A stretch of 64,000 nt of DNA, taken from the IMG/VR virus record IMGVR_UViG_3300028610_002615. One strand, written 5' to 3'. The stretch is from an uncultured virus (IMG/VR IMGVR_UViG_3300028610_002615) (Duplodnaviria > Heunggongvirae > Uroviricota > Caudoviricetes). Both the position numbers and the translations under genes were made by a program. The notes beneath the pieces are model-generated. The model had not been told where the DNA came from and searched no databases. It saw nothing but the letters and a program-made list of their open reading frames with translations. Shown here in pieces: positions 1-10,643 of the stretch. Positions within the stretch are counted from its first letter, which is position 1. Each line of letters begins with the position of its first letter.

Positions 1-163
1 ACTTGAGCTACTAGAACTTGACCTTGAAGATGATGAACTATTTGAACTTGAGCTAGCAGAACTTGAACTTGAAGATGATGAACTATTTGAACTTGAGCTA
101 GCAGAACTTGAACTTGAAGATGATGAACTTGAGCTAGCAGAACTTGAACTTGAAGATGATGAA
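1..163 (-). repeat. Poly-Ser coding low-complexity repeat
   Basis: ACTTGA/GCTAGCAGA/GATGATGA units encoding S-rich tract on minus strand. Confidence 0.9.
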
Positions 164-741
164 CCAAATTGTACCTCGTAATTTTCATATATTCCTGTTG
201 CCGTATCAGTGCCACCACCAGAACCTTGAGATTGCAGTACATGCATGTATCTCTTTGTACCTGTTTCTGATGTTATAGAAAGTGTATCGACAAGAGAAGT
301 TCTATCGGAATCGGAATAAATATATAGAGTAGTTGTTGAACCATTTCTAGTAAACGTACAATACTTCTTGGTAAGGGATGATCCTCCTTCGGTATAGGTA
401 TCAAAATTGACAGTATTTCTGTCTACTAACCATATTTCAGCACCACCACCAGCACCACCATACGCATAAACTTGTAGACTATCACTCGCAGAATCGTGGT
501 CCGCATAAGTTCCGATAGTATTAGAAACAGAACAAAATATTACCAATCCTAGATTCCCTATATTAGATACTTCTATTTCAAAGTCAATATCAAAATTACC
601 AAAGTAACCAGCACCAAAATCTTTATACACATAAGAAACTGCTCCCGCCTGCATCGTATCGAACACAACACTGGTTGAATCAACAGTTAAATCATCCGCA
701 CTGTCTACTTCTGTAAATGTAGTAAGATCTTCAAATGCCAT
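1..741 (-). CDS. Virion/structural-type protein with poly-Ser tract (partial, runs off window start)
   Basis: Not in ORF track; ATG at 741 with GAGGA SD at 748-752; read by hand as open frame MAFEDLTTFTEVDSADDL...YEVQFGSSSSSSSSASSSS to position 1. Confidence 0.75.
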   Translation of the reverse strand, partial: MAFEDLTTFTEVDSADDLTVDSTSVVFDTMQAGAVSYVYKDFGAGYFGNFDIDFEIEVSNIGNLGLVIFCSVSNTIGTYADHDSASDSLQVYAYGGAGGGAEIWLVDRNTVNFDTYTEGGSSLTKKYCTFTRNGSTTTLYIYSDSDRTSLVDTLSITSETGTKRYMHVLQSQGSGGGTDTATGIYENYEVQFGSSSSSSSSASSSSSSSSSSSASSSSNSSSSSSSSSASSSSNSSSSSRSSSSSSS

Positions 742-753
742 CTATTTTCCTCA

Positions 754-3444
754 TTATGGTATCAATTCATAGTATAAATACATTGTTACATAGTCTACGG
801 CAGCCCAGTCATAGAAAATAAAGAATCCTTCAGCAGCATTTTTTGACATAATATCATTTTCGCTATTTGTGAAATATGTACTAAAGTCAAGTTGTTTAAG
901 GGTTAAAATTGTATTATTTGGCCATATGCCTGCAACAGTAGGGTTATAGCTTCTGTCATCTGCGCCTGTCCTTAAATTGTCAATAAGTTCGTCTGCCGCT
1001 TCACCATCATCAACTGTTATGTTTTCAAGTTCAATAATACTCATCTTTTTGTTACCATCATCTTGAATTTTATTTATATGAACAGTCAGATCAGGAGAAA
1101 CACCTTGTGCATAAGCATCTATCCTATATCCAATAATTCTGAAGTTTCTATTACCCATATCAGGATAACCAATCAGACCGTAGTCATAATTTATAGCTGA
1201 AATTCCTGCTGGAATATCTATATTTGTTATTTCCCACCATTTCTTATCTGTTTGATAGTATGTACCTGAGGCATCAACTGTTATTACTTCAGTATCACCA
1301 ATTACAGGTACTGCACTTGACTCATTAACAGAAGTTCCAGTAATTGTTACAACACCAGATCCTGTTAAACTATTGATAAATAACCAAGCGTGTTGATTTT
1401 CGGCTGCCCAGTCTGCTGCTTCATCTCCAACTATACCTGCGGCAACTGTTGAAAAAGTTCCAGTTAACTCAAAAGGTGTATCGGCAACTCCAGCTATCGT
1501 AGAAGTATACATCATAGTTTGCATTTGATCAACTGATGGATGTGAATCTGAAACAATTCTTCCCTCTACTCCTATAGAAGTAGCAACTCCAATTGGATGA
1601 GCGATACTTGGAGACTTAGGTCTTTCACTAGTTATTACACCAGCAGTAGAATCAGAAATATATAAAATATCTCCAGGATCAAACTGAGATGTATCTACAT
1701 CATTAACTGCTCCTGTAACAGTAGTATATCCATCAGTACCATTATCTATATCATGGGTTGCTATAGTTACACTTGCTAGAGTAGAAACATCATCTGCTTT
1801 GGCAAGTTCAATAGTTGGTAGTCCTTGACTTGCTCCGCTAATATAAACAGGAGCACCATCAGGAATCAATGCTCCAGATTCATTTCTTACTCTTAGATGA
1901 GACTCCTGACCAACTTGTAGTGTGACAGCTGCTACATCATTATACACACCAAAAGTATGGTTGTCAGTGTCCCAGAAAACTCTTCCTTCTTGCCAAGCTG
2001 GTTTTTCATGGGCAATATCAAAATCAACATGTTTAACATCAATAAGACGTTCAACACTGATTTCAAGATTGTCTGTTCCATCAGTTCCTGGTACAGGCCA
2101 GAACATTCTTTGTGTATCAGTTCCTAACCTAGTCATATATCCAAGTGTTACAAAATCTGTAGATGATACTGGATCAATACCACCAACTGTTCCTGTGAAA
2201 TCTCTTGTTCCAGTAACTAATGAGTATTGAGTATGATCATCATTTGCAAGACCGCTTAAGTTTCCATGAACTGTCGTTCCTGCAAAGCTTAGAGTGTTGT
2301 CAAATGCAGTTTGAACTTCCCAAGCAATTACCGTAGCTTGTTGAAAAATAATTCTTCCTAACAGTAGAGAGTGTTCTGCTAAAATATGTGGAATATCTCC
2401 TGGAGCTGCTTCTGCTTCTGCTGTTGCTAGTGAATTAGTATTTGAAGTTCCATAAAGCATATGTAAACTATTATCGCTTGGAATCAGATAGAACCATAGA
2501 TTCCCATATCTATTATTATTAAGAAGTGCTAAATTTCCAGAACCATCATCGTATAGCAGATTTGGCCATTGAGTATTTCCCTGTGTAACATTCCATCCAC
2601 TACCACCATCACTCCAGTATTCTGCAAATTCACCTCCTGTTTCTGTATCAATAGCATCTATTGCGTCATACTCTAACAGGGCCCAAACATTTCCTTCTGA
2701 CATTGTAACATATTGACCGCCATCAGCAGATTCACCAAGAATAAGACCTGTACCTCCTACACGCATTACAGGTACAGTATCATACATCCTTTCAAGTAGT
2801 CTTGCTTTAAAATCACCAGCTCTCTGTACTATATTCGATAAGAACAGAGCGCCATCAACTGTTTCAATTTCACCAAGGACAATCATATCGCTTGTATTCA
2901 CATTACTTATATCTTCTCCAAAGACTTGTGGACTACCCGAATTGTATTTAACAACAATATTCTTCGTTACATCTTCTGGAAAATACAAACTTGTTCCGGG
3001 CCAATCAATAAATACAAGAGGTGCAGTTCTACTATCTGAAGTTCTAATCAGACCTGTACCTGCTGTTATACTAATAGTTGATGTACTGTCTTCAGAAATT
3101 ACACCACCAGAGATAACACCTGCTGATTGTAATTGATCAAGGCCTTCTTGTGCTGTACTATATGTTGCACCTTCAACTTTATTATAGCTGACATCCTGAG
3201 CTAAAACTCCAGTTGTACCATCGAGAGTTAAGTTTCCACTAACATATAGATTACCAGTAACTAAAGCTCCATCTGACGTTGTTTCAAATCTCTTAATTTC
3301 AGCATGATAAAGTTCCACCGCACCGCTGGATGGGTTTAATAAAAGGTCTGAACCATCATATTTTATAAGAGATTCTTGACTATCGCCAAGTTGGATTTGT
3401 TGGTCGGTTTTTAGTTGAAGATTGCCCCTTTTAAAGTGTGCCAT
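754..3444 (-). CDS. Tail fibre / virion structural protein
   Basis: 896 aa, acidic G/T/S-rich; GAVELYH..KRFETTSDG and HGNLSGLANDDHTQY motifs typical of phage fibre proteins; lies in structural cluster. Confidence 0.7.
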   Translation of the reverse strand: MAHFKRGNLQLKTDQQIQLGDSQESLIKYDGSDLLLNPSSGAVELYHAEIKRFETTSDGALVTGNLYVSGNLTLDGTTGVLAQDVSYNKVEGATYSTAQEGLDQLQSAGVISGGVISEDSTSTISITAGTGLIRTSDSRTAPLVFIDWPGTSLYFPEDVTKNIVVKYNSGSPQVFGEDISNVNTSDMIVLGEIETVDGALFLSNIVQRAGDFKARLLERMYDTVPVMRVGGTGLILGESADGGQYVTMSEGNVWALLEYDAIDAIDTETGGEFAEYWSDGGSGWNVTQGNTQWPNLLYDDGSGNLALLNNNRYGNLWFYLIPSDNSLHMLYGTSNTNSLATAEAEAAPGDIPHILAEHSLLLGRIIFQQATVIAWEVQTAFDNTLSFAGTTVHGNLSGLANDDHTQYSLVTGTRDFTGTVGGIDPVSSTDFVTLGYMTRLGTDTQRMFWPVPGTDGTDNLEISVERLIDVKHVDFDIAHEKPAWQEGRVFWDTDNHTFGVYNDVAAVTLQVGQESHLRVRNESGALIPDGAPVYISGASQGLPTIELAKADDVSTLASVTIATHDIDNGTDGYTTVTGAVNDVDTSQFDPGDILYISDSTAGVITSERPKSPSIAHPIGVATSIGVEGRIVSDSHPSVDQMQTMMYTSTIAGVADTPFELTGTFSTVAAGIVGDEAADWAAENQHAWLFINSLTGSGVVTITGTSVNESSAVPVIGDTEVITVDASGTYYQTDKKWWEITNIDIPAGISAINYDYGLIGYPDMGNRNFRIIGYRIDAYAQGVSPDLTVHINKIQDDGNKKMSIIELENITVDDGEAADELIDNLRTGADDRSYNPTVAGIWPNNTILTLKQLDFSTYFTNSENDIMSKNAAEGFFIFYDWAAVDYVTMYLYYELIP

Positions 3445-3516
3445 TTTTTTGTCTCCGTCATATTTGACCGTCGCATTAAGCGACCGATTGTTGTCTTCTT
3501 CCCATTAACTAACGCT

Positions 3517-4713
3517 TTAATTATTTGAGCTTGAGCTACTACTTGAGATCGAACTACTTGATCTTGAGCTACTTGAGCTTGATCTACTTGAACTTGAACT
3601 ACTTAAGCTGCTTGAACTGCTTGAGCTACTTGATCTACTTGAACTTGAACTACTTAAGCTTGAGCTGCTTGAACTGCTTGATCTACTTGAGCTTGAACTA
3701 CTTGAGCTTGAACTACTTGATCTACTTGAACTTGAACTACTTGAACTTGAACTACTTGAACTTGATCTACTTGAACTTGAACTACTTAAACTCGAACTAC
3801 TTGAGCTTGATGAACCAAGTAGTGCATCAGTAACAATCCATGAAACTTCATAGTTATCAGTATCCATCGGACTTGAAAACATTACTTTGAAACCATCAAT
3901 TGTTTTCTCGAATACACCACTCACAAATAGCAATGGTGGATTATCTACAGTATTAACTATTGAATATCCAATCGAATAATTTAATGAACCCTGTTGTTGA
4001 ACAAAAATAATATCTGCTGTTGTATCACCAGTTGATAGTTCTAAATTACCAGTTTCGATTCCTAATCCTATTTGTGCATCAACATAAGTTTTAACAGCAT
4101 TTTGAGTTGGTACCTTTGTATCCGAAGTTCCTAATGATGTGTCGTTTGAAAATTCATCTGCTTGAACTCCACTTTGTAATTTAAGTTTATTTACTTTAAG
4201 ACCGTCTGTATCTGCGGTTAGAGTTACGTTTCCTAAATAGATACTACTTCCAGATATAAATAGATCATCTGCATGGATATTACCAGAAAATATTACAGAT
4301 GTCGCATCTGAACTTATTTGATTATATAATTGTGCATCAAGATGATAAAACTCTAATGCAGTTGAATCTCCACCTTGTAATCCAATGAGTTCATTATGAT
4401 CTATTTCCAATAACGAAAATTCAGTATCAACATATGTCTTAACTGCTTTTTCTGTTGGAACTGCTATATCTGAATCGCCTCCTAATGTTCCATCGGTTGA
4501 GAATTCATTAACAGTTGCTCCACTTAAAACTTTAAGACTCGAGAATATTCCAGTTGATTCATTAGTTCCACCTATTGGACCGGGAGACCCCATAAGAGTC
4601 GCAAGAGTAATTCTGCTAGTTGTTGTAGTGTCAACATCCACTATCGCAAATAAATCTGCAACAGCTGGAGCGGCACTCATCGGTGGTAGTTGCGAAATCT
4701 TTAAATCTGGCAT
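3517..4713 (-). CDS. Virion structural protein with C-terminal poly-Ser tail
   Basis: N-terminal KISQLP motif, two EFSxDxxLGxxxxxVPTxxAVKTYVD repeats, 96-codon Ser-rich C-terminus. Confidence 0.7.
   Translation of the reverse strand: MPDLKISQLPPMSAAPAVADLFAIVDVDTTTTSRITLATLMGSPGPIGGTNESTGIFSSLKVLSGATVNEFSTDGTLGGDSDIAVPTEKAVKTYVDTEFSLLEIDHNELIGLQGGDSTALEFYHLDAQLYNQISSDATSVIFSGNIHADDLFISGSSIYLGNVTLTADTDGLKVNKLKLQSGVQADEFSNDTSLGTSDTKVPTQNAVKTYVDAQIGLGIETGNLELSTGDTTADIIFVQQQGSLNYSIGYSIVNTVDNPPLLFVSGVFEKTIDGFKVMFSSPMDTDNYEVSWIVTDALLGSSSSSSSSLSSSSSSRSSSSSSSSSSSSSSRSSSSSSSSSSSSRSSSSSSSSLSSSSSSRSSSSSSSSSLSSSSSSRSSSSSSRSSSSISSSSSSSNN
3526..3813 (-). repeat. Poly-Ser coding repeat (TCA/AGT/AGC alternation)
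   Basis: Imperfect ACTTGA/GCTTGA hexamer tandem; 96 codons almost all Ser with interspersed R/L/I. Confidence 0.95.
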
Positions 4714-4729
4714 TTTTTACCCCTCTAAA

Positions 4730-5029
4730 TTAGTCATTAAACATTACTTGTGTTCCGACGCTTATTGGTTTCTTATCATACAGATCTTGTAACTTGTCTC
4801 CAGTTAACAAGTCTGACTCTGCAACGTGATTCTTTAATATTGATTCTAAAGATTTAATTCGATCCAAAGCCTGATATGCCATATCGACGATCTGCACTTC
4901 AAATGGTTCTGGATCCTCTTTATTTTCTAGGTGATCAAGTAGGAAATCAAGTTTTTGAAAGAGGGATTGACTATCTTTCGAGTGTAGCTCAACTAAAAAT
5001 TGTTGGGCCATCTTACTAGTGGTTGTCAT
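4730..5029 (-). CDS. Hypothetical protein
   Basis: 99 aa ORF, AAGGAG SD, co-oriented in structural operon. Confidence 0.7.
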   Translation of the reverse strand: MTTTSKMAQQFLVELHSKDSQSLFQKLDFLLDHLENKEDPEPFEVQIVDMAYQALDRIKSLESILKNHVAESDLLTGDKLQDLYDKKPISVGTQVMFND

Positions 5030-5048
5030 AGTACAGCTCCTTATTTAT

Positions 5049-5948
5049 TTAAATTTGTCCAGCGATTGCAACATGTAGTGTATGTGTATTATCTGGCATC
5101 CAAATTTTTGTAATACTCGTACTAGAAAACTCAATATCTTGAGGTTCAATTTTCATATTATCACTGTCATCTACTACCGTAATTGTGTTATATTGAGTAC
5201 CAAGAGAATGAGTTACATCAGCATAATAGCTTGTACCGCTAAGAATCCAATCGCCAACGTTAATTGTTGTCTGAAAAATATTTGCATTTACTATTCCCCA
5301 ACGATCACTATATCCAAAATAAAATTCGTTCGACGTCGAATCATATACAATCCTTGACTGATCTCTTGTTTGGTCGTGAGTTGGTAGGAAAGGTTCTGCA
5401 CCTGCATAAGATTTTACATAGAGGCGTTTGTTATCGGTGTCGTCTGGGTCATAATCAAGTATCTCAACAACGGTTTGTTGTCCTGGTGGTAGTTCAGTTC
5501 CAATAATGTTAACTGCAGCAAGAAACAACCAACTACCTGGTGTTGAGAATGATCCACGTTGATTTGGTTTTATGATTTGATATGATGCTTGTGGCGCAGG
5601 TCTAGATTTGACATATGTATAGTTCAATACTATGTAATAATATCCATTTGGAGTGAACCCTGTATCAAAGTTATAGTAGTGATCAGGATTACTAAAATCT
5701 ACTATTGCTGTTGCGTCCACATGTATTAGAGTTTCATTTTCATATTGTACTGACTTCTTATATGCAAAACCTGTTGATACAACCACAGTTGTTGTTGCAT
5801 CTGTTCCTTCAGTGACCCTTAACGAATTGATGTTCGCCAATCCTTCTTCATCATAAGTAACCACTTTCGTTAGTTTAGTAACAACGTTACTACCATATGA
5901 AGAAAACGGATCTACCGTTCTTTGTTGACTTGGTATACTAGCAGCCAT
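5049..5948 (-). CDS. Putative virion structural (baseplate/fibre-associated) protein
   Basis: 299 aa; C-terminal VTHSLGT..ITVVD beta-rich motif common in fibre proteins; first gene after TAGAACA motif. Confidence 0.55.
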   Translation of the reverse strand: MAASIPSQQRTVDPFSSYGSNVVTKLTKVVTYDEEGLANINSLRVTEGTDATTTVVVSTGFAYKKSVQYENETLIHVDATAIVDFSNPDHYYNFDTGFTPNGYYYIVLNYTYVKSRPAPQASYQIIKPNQRGSFSTPGSWLFLAAVNIIGTELPPGQQTVVEILDYDPDDTDNKRLYVKSYAGAEPFLPTHDQTRDQSRIVYDSTSNEFYFGYSDRWGIVNANIFQTTINVGDWILSGTSYYADVTHSLGTQYNTITVVDDSDNMKIEPQDIEFSSTSITKIWMPDNTHTLHVAIAGQI

Positions 5949-6010
5949 TTACCTTGATCTCCTTACTTTAATTTGTTTTAAGCGAAAAACATACGTCCTG
6001 ACTCTTTCAT

Positions 6011-6020
6011 TTTTGTTCTA
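6011..6020 (-). promoter_or_regulatory. Putative late-promoter motif TAGAACAWAA
   Basis: Motif recurs upstream of several operons including the major capsid gene. Confidence 0.55.
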
Positions 6021-6079
6021 AAATTTGATAGTCTTCGTTATTGCTACAATGGGTAGGCAAATTTTAAATAAAGTGGTTT

Positions 6080-6093
6080 CTATATATATTAAT
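6080..6093 (+). promoter_or_regulatory. Putative early/middle promoter motif CTATATATATTAAT
   Basis: Exact 14-mer at 6080, 21686, 46313, 50246, each intergenic ahead of + strand genes. Confidence 0.6.
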
Positions 6094-6241
6094 AGGTGAA
6101 AGGATCATTTTAAATCCTTTTTATTTGGCGGGATTAAAGTGGGACACCGCTTTTTTTAACGGTGCCCCTTAACATTATCAATAACTAAAACAATCATTAA
6201 TTATTTTGGTATTTGTAATTTGTTCTAGTATTATGATGCAA

Positions 6242-6904
6242 TTAGAAGGTGTCCTGAATAACTTTTCCAATGGACTTGAGATCAGGATTTTTCCCATATA
6301 TTTCAACAACTTTCCATCCGAACTGCTCCATCTTTGTCCGCTTAACTGAATCAACCATATGACCCTCCCGATTATGCCAAAACGTATCAGGGAATTGAAT
6401 TACAACTTTTAATACAGGATCACAAAAGTCAGTAATGTACTCGAATCTTAATCTTTCGTCCATCTTGCCATACTGTCTTATTGTATAGTCCATTTGTATA
6501 TTAGTATAGAATAATCTTAAGTGATCTAAAATTCTATACTTGGTTTTTTCCATAGGTGTTCTAAAATGAATTATTCTTTCTAGCTCTTTTTGCATCGGGA
6601 ACTCTTCAACTATGGGTTGTTCCTTAACAATTAATTCATCCCCCAACATTGATTTTTCTTCTTGCTCTTTAAACACAGTTTTATTTCTACCATATTTACT
6701 GCGAGCATCAAATTTTTCACTAGTTTTAGGAGCGTTGGGATATCTTTTGAAGTAATCAGCAAACTTTATATTATGCTTTTTTAAATGTTGAGGCGATATT
6801 GTAAGAAACGATTTTCCACAAATTTGGCAGGCGACTTGTCCCTTCTCGTCGAAAAGAGGATGAGGGTATTCTTCATTCATCATTTTTATATTTCTCCCAT
6901 TCAT
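6242..6904 (-). CDS. Zn-finger + Vsr/DUF559-like putative homing endonuclease
   Basis: CQICGKSF..ISPQHLKKH zinc finger; DF...VVIQF.DTFWH...GWKVVEIY nuclease-like C-terminus. Confidence 0.6.
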   Translation of the reverse strand: MNGRNIKMMNEEYPHPLFDEKGQVACQICGKSFLTISPQHLKKHNIKFADYFKRYPNAPKTSEKFDARSKYGRNKTVFKEQEEKSMLGDELIVKEQPIVEEFPMQKELERIIHFRTPMEKTKYRILDHLRLFYTNIQMDYTIRQYGKMDERLRFEYITDFCDPVLKVVIQFPDTFWHNREGHMVDSVKRTKMEQFGWKVVEIYGKNPDLKSIGKVIQDTF

Positions 6905-6937
6905 ATTTTAATTTTGTTCTAATAATAGAGTGATTAA

Positions 6938-7333
6938 ATGCATGAAATTAAAGCAGATCCACAACTGCCATATCATTATATTATAGGTGTGGCAATCAAA
7001 ACACCATTTAGTAAAGATTATGGTCAATTATTTTTAAAGTATTTTCTAGAATTCCAACACGAGGATATTGAAAAAGTTAGAACGGCAGTAAGATTAAGTG
7101 AAGATAGAATGTTTCCATCGGGAATAACTAAAAAAGAAGCAATACAAATTGCTGGATGTGAGCAAATTGTATGGGGAATAGCTGCCCTGAAATTGTCAGC
7201 AGCTTCAAACGATGCAACAGTACATCACTTTTCTTCTCCCGTAAAGGTAGATGATAAATTTTTTGAAGATCTCGTAAAAAGAGCAAATACAGATAAACAC
7301 GATAAAAAGTTACTGGATAAATCTAGAATTTAG
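6938..7333 (+). CDS. Hypothetical protein
   Basis: 131 aa ORF at head of + strand accessory block. Confidence 0.65.
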   Translation: MHEIKADPQLPYHYIIGVAIKTPFSKDYGQLFLKYFLEFQHEDIEKVRTAVRLSEDRMFPSGITKKEAIQIAGCEQIVWGIAALKLSAASNDATVHHFSSPVKVDDKFFEDLVKRANTDKHDKKLLDKSRI

Positions 7334-7347
7334 ACTGGAGGTCTAAA

Positions 7348-7857
7348 ATGATTAGCAGATTTATCGGTGAGTACAAAGAGTTTAGTAACTTTGAACCAGC
7401 ACAAGTAAGATTCGAAAATATAACCTTCCCAACAGTTGAACATGCTTATGTTGCTGCAAAGAGTCGTGACCCAAAATTTCGAAGAGATATTGCTCTCATG
7501 CCAGCAAATAAAGCAGGACTTGCAAAAAAGTGGGGAAGAACAACAAATTTAAGAAGCGATTGGGAAAAGGTTAAAATTGAAATTATGAAGGAACTGCTCC
7601 TTCAAAAGTTTGCACCCAAGAAACCAGCTTCGAAGATTTCTATAGTTACATTATCCCTACACGATTTACTATTAAGTACAGGCGATGAACTATTAGTTGA
7701 AGGTAACTTTTGGCATGACAACTTTTGGGGAAATTGTCTTTGCGATAAGTGTATGAAGATTGAAGGGAAAAATCATCTCGGTTTACTTCTTATGAAAGTT
7801 AGAGAATACTACCAACTTGAAGAAGAAGGATTCAAAAATTTAGAGATGACGTCATGA
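7348..7857 (+). CDS. NADAR (YbiA-like) family protein
   Basis: FSNF, FPTVEHAY.AAK, LRSDWE.VK, LL.TGD..LVEGN.WHD.FWG, G.N.LG..LM.VR motifs. Confidence 0.9.
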   Translation: MISRFIGEYKEFSNFEPAQVRFENITFPTVEHAYVAAKSRDPKFRRDIALMPANKAGLAKKWGRTTNLRSDWEKVKIEIMKELLLQKFAPKKPASKISIVTLSLHDLLLSTGDELLVEGNFWHDNFWGNCLCDKCMKIEGKNHLGLLLMKVREYYQLEEEGFKNLEMTS

Positions 7858-8555
7858 AGATACTGGTCCTTGGAGACATACACAATCAGTTTGGAAGACT
7901 GAATGAGATATTACATAAAAAGCGACCAGATCTTATCATTTCATGTGGAGACTTTGGGTATTGGCCAAATTGGCCTGGTGATGATAAAATTAAAAGAATC
8001 AGCACACATGGTGCAAAATTATTGTTCTGTGATGGCAATCATGACGATCACTGGTCGTTGCGAGACAGGAAACAAGATGAGCTAGCACCAAATATTATAT
8101 ACATGCCAAGAGGATCCACATATGAATTAGATGACGGCAGAACTATTATGTTTATGGGAGGCGCACATTCGATTGACAAACATCTTAGAACAACTGGATG
8201 GGATTGGTTTCCAGAAGAAATTGTTACACAAAAAGATTTGCAAAACTTACCAAAAAAGAAAATTGATATTTTTATAACACATACATGTCCAGAAGAACTG
8301 GTGCATGATATGATTAAGTATTACCCTGAGAAAGCATGCGAACCATCAAATATTGCTCTATCGGAATTATGGAAAATCTACAAACCCAAACTTTGGATAT
8401 TTGGCCACTGGCATCACTACAACGAAGGGATAATGATGGGCACTCAATGGTATGCTCTCAGCCATCCCGCATCCCCAACTAGATGGTGGATGTGGCTACC
8501 GGAAAAGGAGGACGTTAGTGAAGATAGTAACGAAAAAGAAATTGAGGAAGTTTGA
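7854..8555 (+). CDS. Calcineurin-like metallophosphoesterase
   Basis: GDIH, GDFG, DGNHD, THTCP, GHWH motifs. Confidence 0.9.
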   Translation: MKILVLGDIHNQFGRLNEILHKKRPDLIISCGDFGYWPNWPGDDKIKRISTHGAKLLFCDGNHDDHWSLRDRKQDELAPNIIYMPRGSTYELDDGRTIMFMGGAHSIDKHLRTTGWDWFPEEIVTQKDLQNLPKKKIDIFITHTCPEELVHDMIKYYPEKACEPSNIALSELWKIYKPKLWIFGHWHHYNEGIMMGTQWYALSHPASPTRWWMWLPEKEDVSEDSNEKEIEEV

Positions 8556-8805
8556 GAATGAAATGACTCTCTGGAATTTTCAACGTGCATTAAAAATTGT
8601 TGAAGATTTCAAAGGTTTTCCAAGAAATGCGTATTATCTCATTAGTTCCCTTATGAATAATTATGGGGACTGTGGGTCACAACGAACGGGATATGCCTAT
8701 GTTGGTATCCCGAAATCTGTGAAAACGATCATGGAGATTGCAAGTCCATGGATCGATTCACATCGGAAAGGAGGAAAGAAAAAACCAAAGGCAATAGCCG
8801 TGTAG
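8518..8805 (+). CDS. Hypothetical protein
   Basis: Probable GTG start at 8518 after AAGGAGG, in frame with track ORF 8452..8805. Confidence 0.55.
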   Translation: MKIVTKKKLRKFENEMTLWNFQRALKIVEDFKGFPRNAYYLISSLMNNYGDCGSQRTGYAYVGIPKSVKTIMEIASPWIDSHRKGGKKKPKAIAV

Positions 8806-8850
8806 TCTCTCTTAACTAATTACATTCACTTAAGAAAGGAATTATGTATC

Positions 8851-10632
8851 ATGGTACTACTCGTATTTATGGGGCTAGCAATTATTGCAGCCATTATTAT
8901 TCCATTTGCAGTCCCCAAAGGGACAAAAGCATGGGTGATCAAAGGCGGTGCATGGGCAGCATGTGCAGTTTTATTCTTTTTCTGCTTCTTTCAAACCAGC
9001 TTTGTAATTGTCGGTGATATGGAAGTTGGCCATCTCAAGAGAATTTATTGGGGATCTGAAATGCAGGCAGGGCGAATCATCGCAATGCCATGGGAAAAAG
9101 GTCCGCAGGCCAGAGTCCTTACAGCCGGATTTCATTTCTTGCCGTTGATCCGTGTTACTCATGATCTGGAAATGCTTCCCGTCGTCAATGTGCCAGAAGG
9201 CAAATATGGTTTCCTTGTTGCCAAAGATGGAAAATCCATGCCTGATGGTCAATACATTGCGGACGCATGGAAAACTTCTGATGAAATGATTAATGCCCTT
9301 AACTTCATGGGATATACTCCAGACAAATCAGACTACAAAGGCCCGAGAGGAATAAAGGGTCCACAGCTGACTGTTATCAAACCAGGCACTTATCGTATTA
9401 ATCGCTACCTGTTTGAACCGACTGGAGGTACAGCAACAGATATTCCCATCGGTCATGTTGGTGTTATCAAATCGAATGTTGGCCCAAAATATACCGGAGA
9501 TCCAATCCTACCGGCCGGCGTTGAATTGACCAATCTATCTGTACCAATCGTTCCCAAGGGTAGTCGTGGTGTCTGGGATACAGTCATTGAACCCGACAGA
9601 TACTACCTGAACACCAAGGCATATGATGTAACAATCATTCCCACTCAGGTTCAAACCTGGAAGTACCTTGGTGGTTATGTCCGCAGGATCATCGATCTGA
9701 AGCTGGATAACGAGGGTAAAATTGAGCAGACCGTACGGAGTGAAAATGTTCCATTTGACCCTGTCATTTCAGCAGATAAAGCCGTTCTGTTGAGAGTTGA
9801 AAACTGGGATGTATTTCAAGATCTGAGAGCTCAAGTTCAGGTCACACCTCAGAATGCTCCATTCGTCGTTGCAGCTGCCGGTGGTCTAAAACAGATTGAG
9901 GACAAGATCTTCACCCCGACCCTCAGAAGTGTCCTTCGAAATGAAGTTGCCAGAGAAGTTGAGGACACCAGAGAAGTTTGGGATAAGAAAACACAGAAGA
10001 TGGTCAAAGAAACATATTGGAGACCTCGAAAAGTCCTCGATCTTCTATACAAGAGAGAAGCAACAGAAAAATCAGTTGAATTGAAACTGATTCCGGAAGG
10101 TGCCAAAGTCGGTCTTACAGTTATGGAAATCCGATTTGGCGATCCTGTTGTTCCACCCGAGCTACTGATCCCTGGAAAGAGAAAGCAACTTGCTGAATCT
10201 TTGATCGCTACGTACCAACAGGAGAAGATCGCTCAGGATGAACGGATCAAAACCCAGCAGGCATGGGCAGAGGCAGAACAACAACCTCGTCTTGTCAAGT
10301 CTCAAATTGGCATCACCGTCGCCGAAAACAATGCCAAGGCAAGAGAAAAAGAGGGTGTTGGTGAGGAAAAGTTTATGAAAGCACTCGCCAGAGGCCAAGA
10401 AGCCCAAGCAGATGTTCTGGGTAAAGCTGCCGCACTTGAACTGGCCGTTATTGAAAAGGTTCTCGCTGCTGCTCAGGCAAATCCGGAACTGGTTAAATAT
10501 CCTAACATCCTCGTCATTAACGGTGCCGACGGGATGGGATCTCTGGAAGGAGCTGCTGCTATTTTAGGGAAGAACAATCTGACGTTTGGATTGACTCCAA
10601 AGAGCTCCGTTAAGGAATCTGTTAATCAGTAG
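8851..10632 (+). CDS. SPFH/band-7 (flotillin-like) membrane protein
   Basis: Two N-terminal TM segments, KGPQ..L.PG repeats, A/E/Q-rich coiled-coil C-terminus. Confidence 0.8.
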   Translation: MVLLVFMGLAIIAAIIIPFAVPKGTKAWVIKGGAWAACAVLFFFCFFQTSFVIVGDMEVGHLKRIYWGSEMQAGRIIAMPWEKGPQARVLTAGFHFLPLIRVTHDLEMLPVVNVPEGKYGFLVAKDGKSMPDGQYIADAWKTSDEMINALNFMGYTPDKSDYKGPRGIKGPQLTVIKPGTYRINRYLFEPTGGTATDIPIGHVGVIKSNVGPKYTGDPILPAGVELTNLSVPIVPKGSRGVWDTVIEPDRYYLNTKAYDVTIIPTQVQTWKYLGGYVRRIIDLKLDNEGKIEQTVRSENVPFDPVISADKAVLLRVENWDVFQDLRAQVQVTPQNAPFVVAAAGGLKQIEDKIFTPTLRSVLRNEVAREVEDTREVWDKKTQKMVKETYWRPRKVLDLLYKREATEKSVELKLIPEGAKVGLTVMEIRFGDPVVPPELLIPGKRKQLAESLIATYQQEKIAQDERIKTQQAWAEAEQQPRLVKSQIGITVAENNAKAREKEGVGEEKFMKALARGQEAQADVLGKAAALELAVIEKVLAAAQANPELVKYPNILVINGADGMGSLEGAAAILGKNNLTFGLTPKSSVKESVNQ

Positions 10633-10643
10633 ATCCTCAAAAA

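Noticed and set aside
3525..3833. + strand ORF of LNYL repeats, and possibility of a CRISPR-like array
   Set aside because: Antisense shadow of the poly-Ser tract; hexamer tandem without spacers
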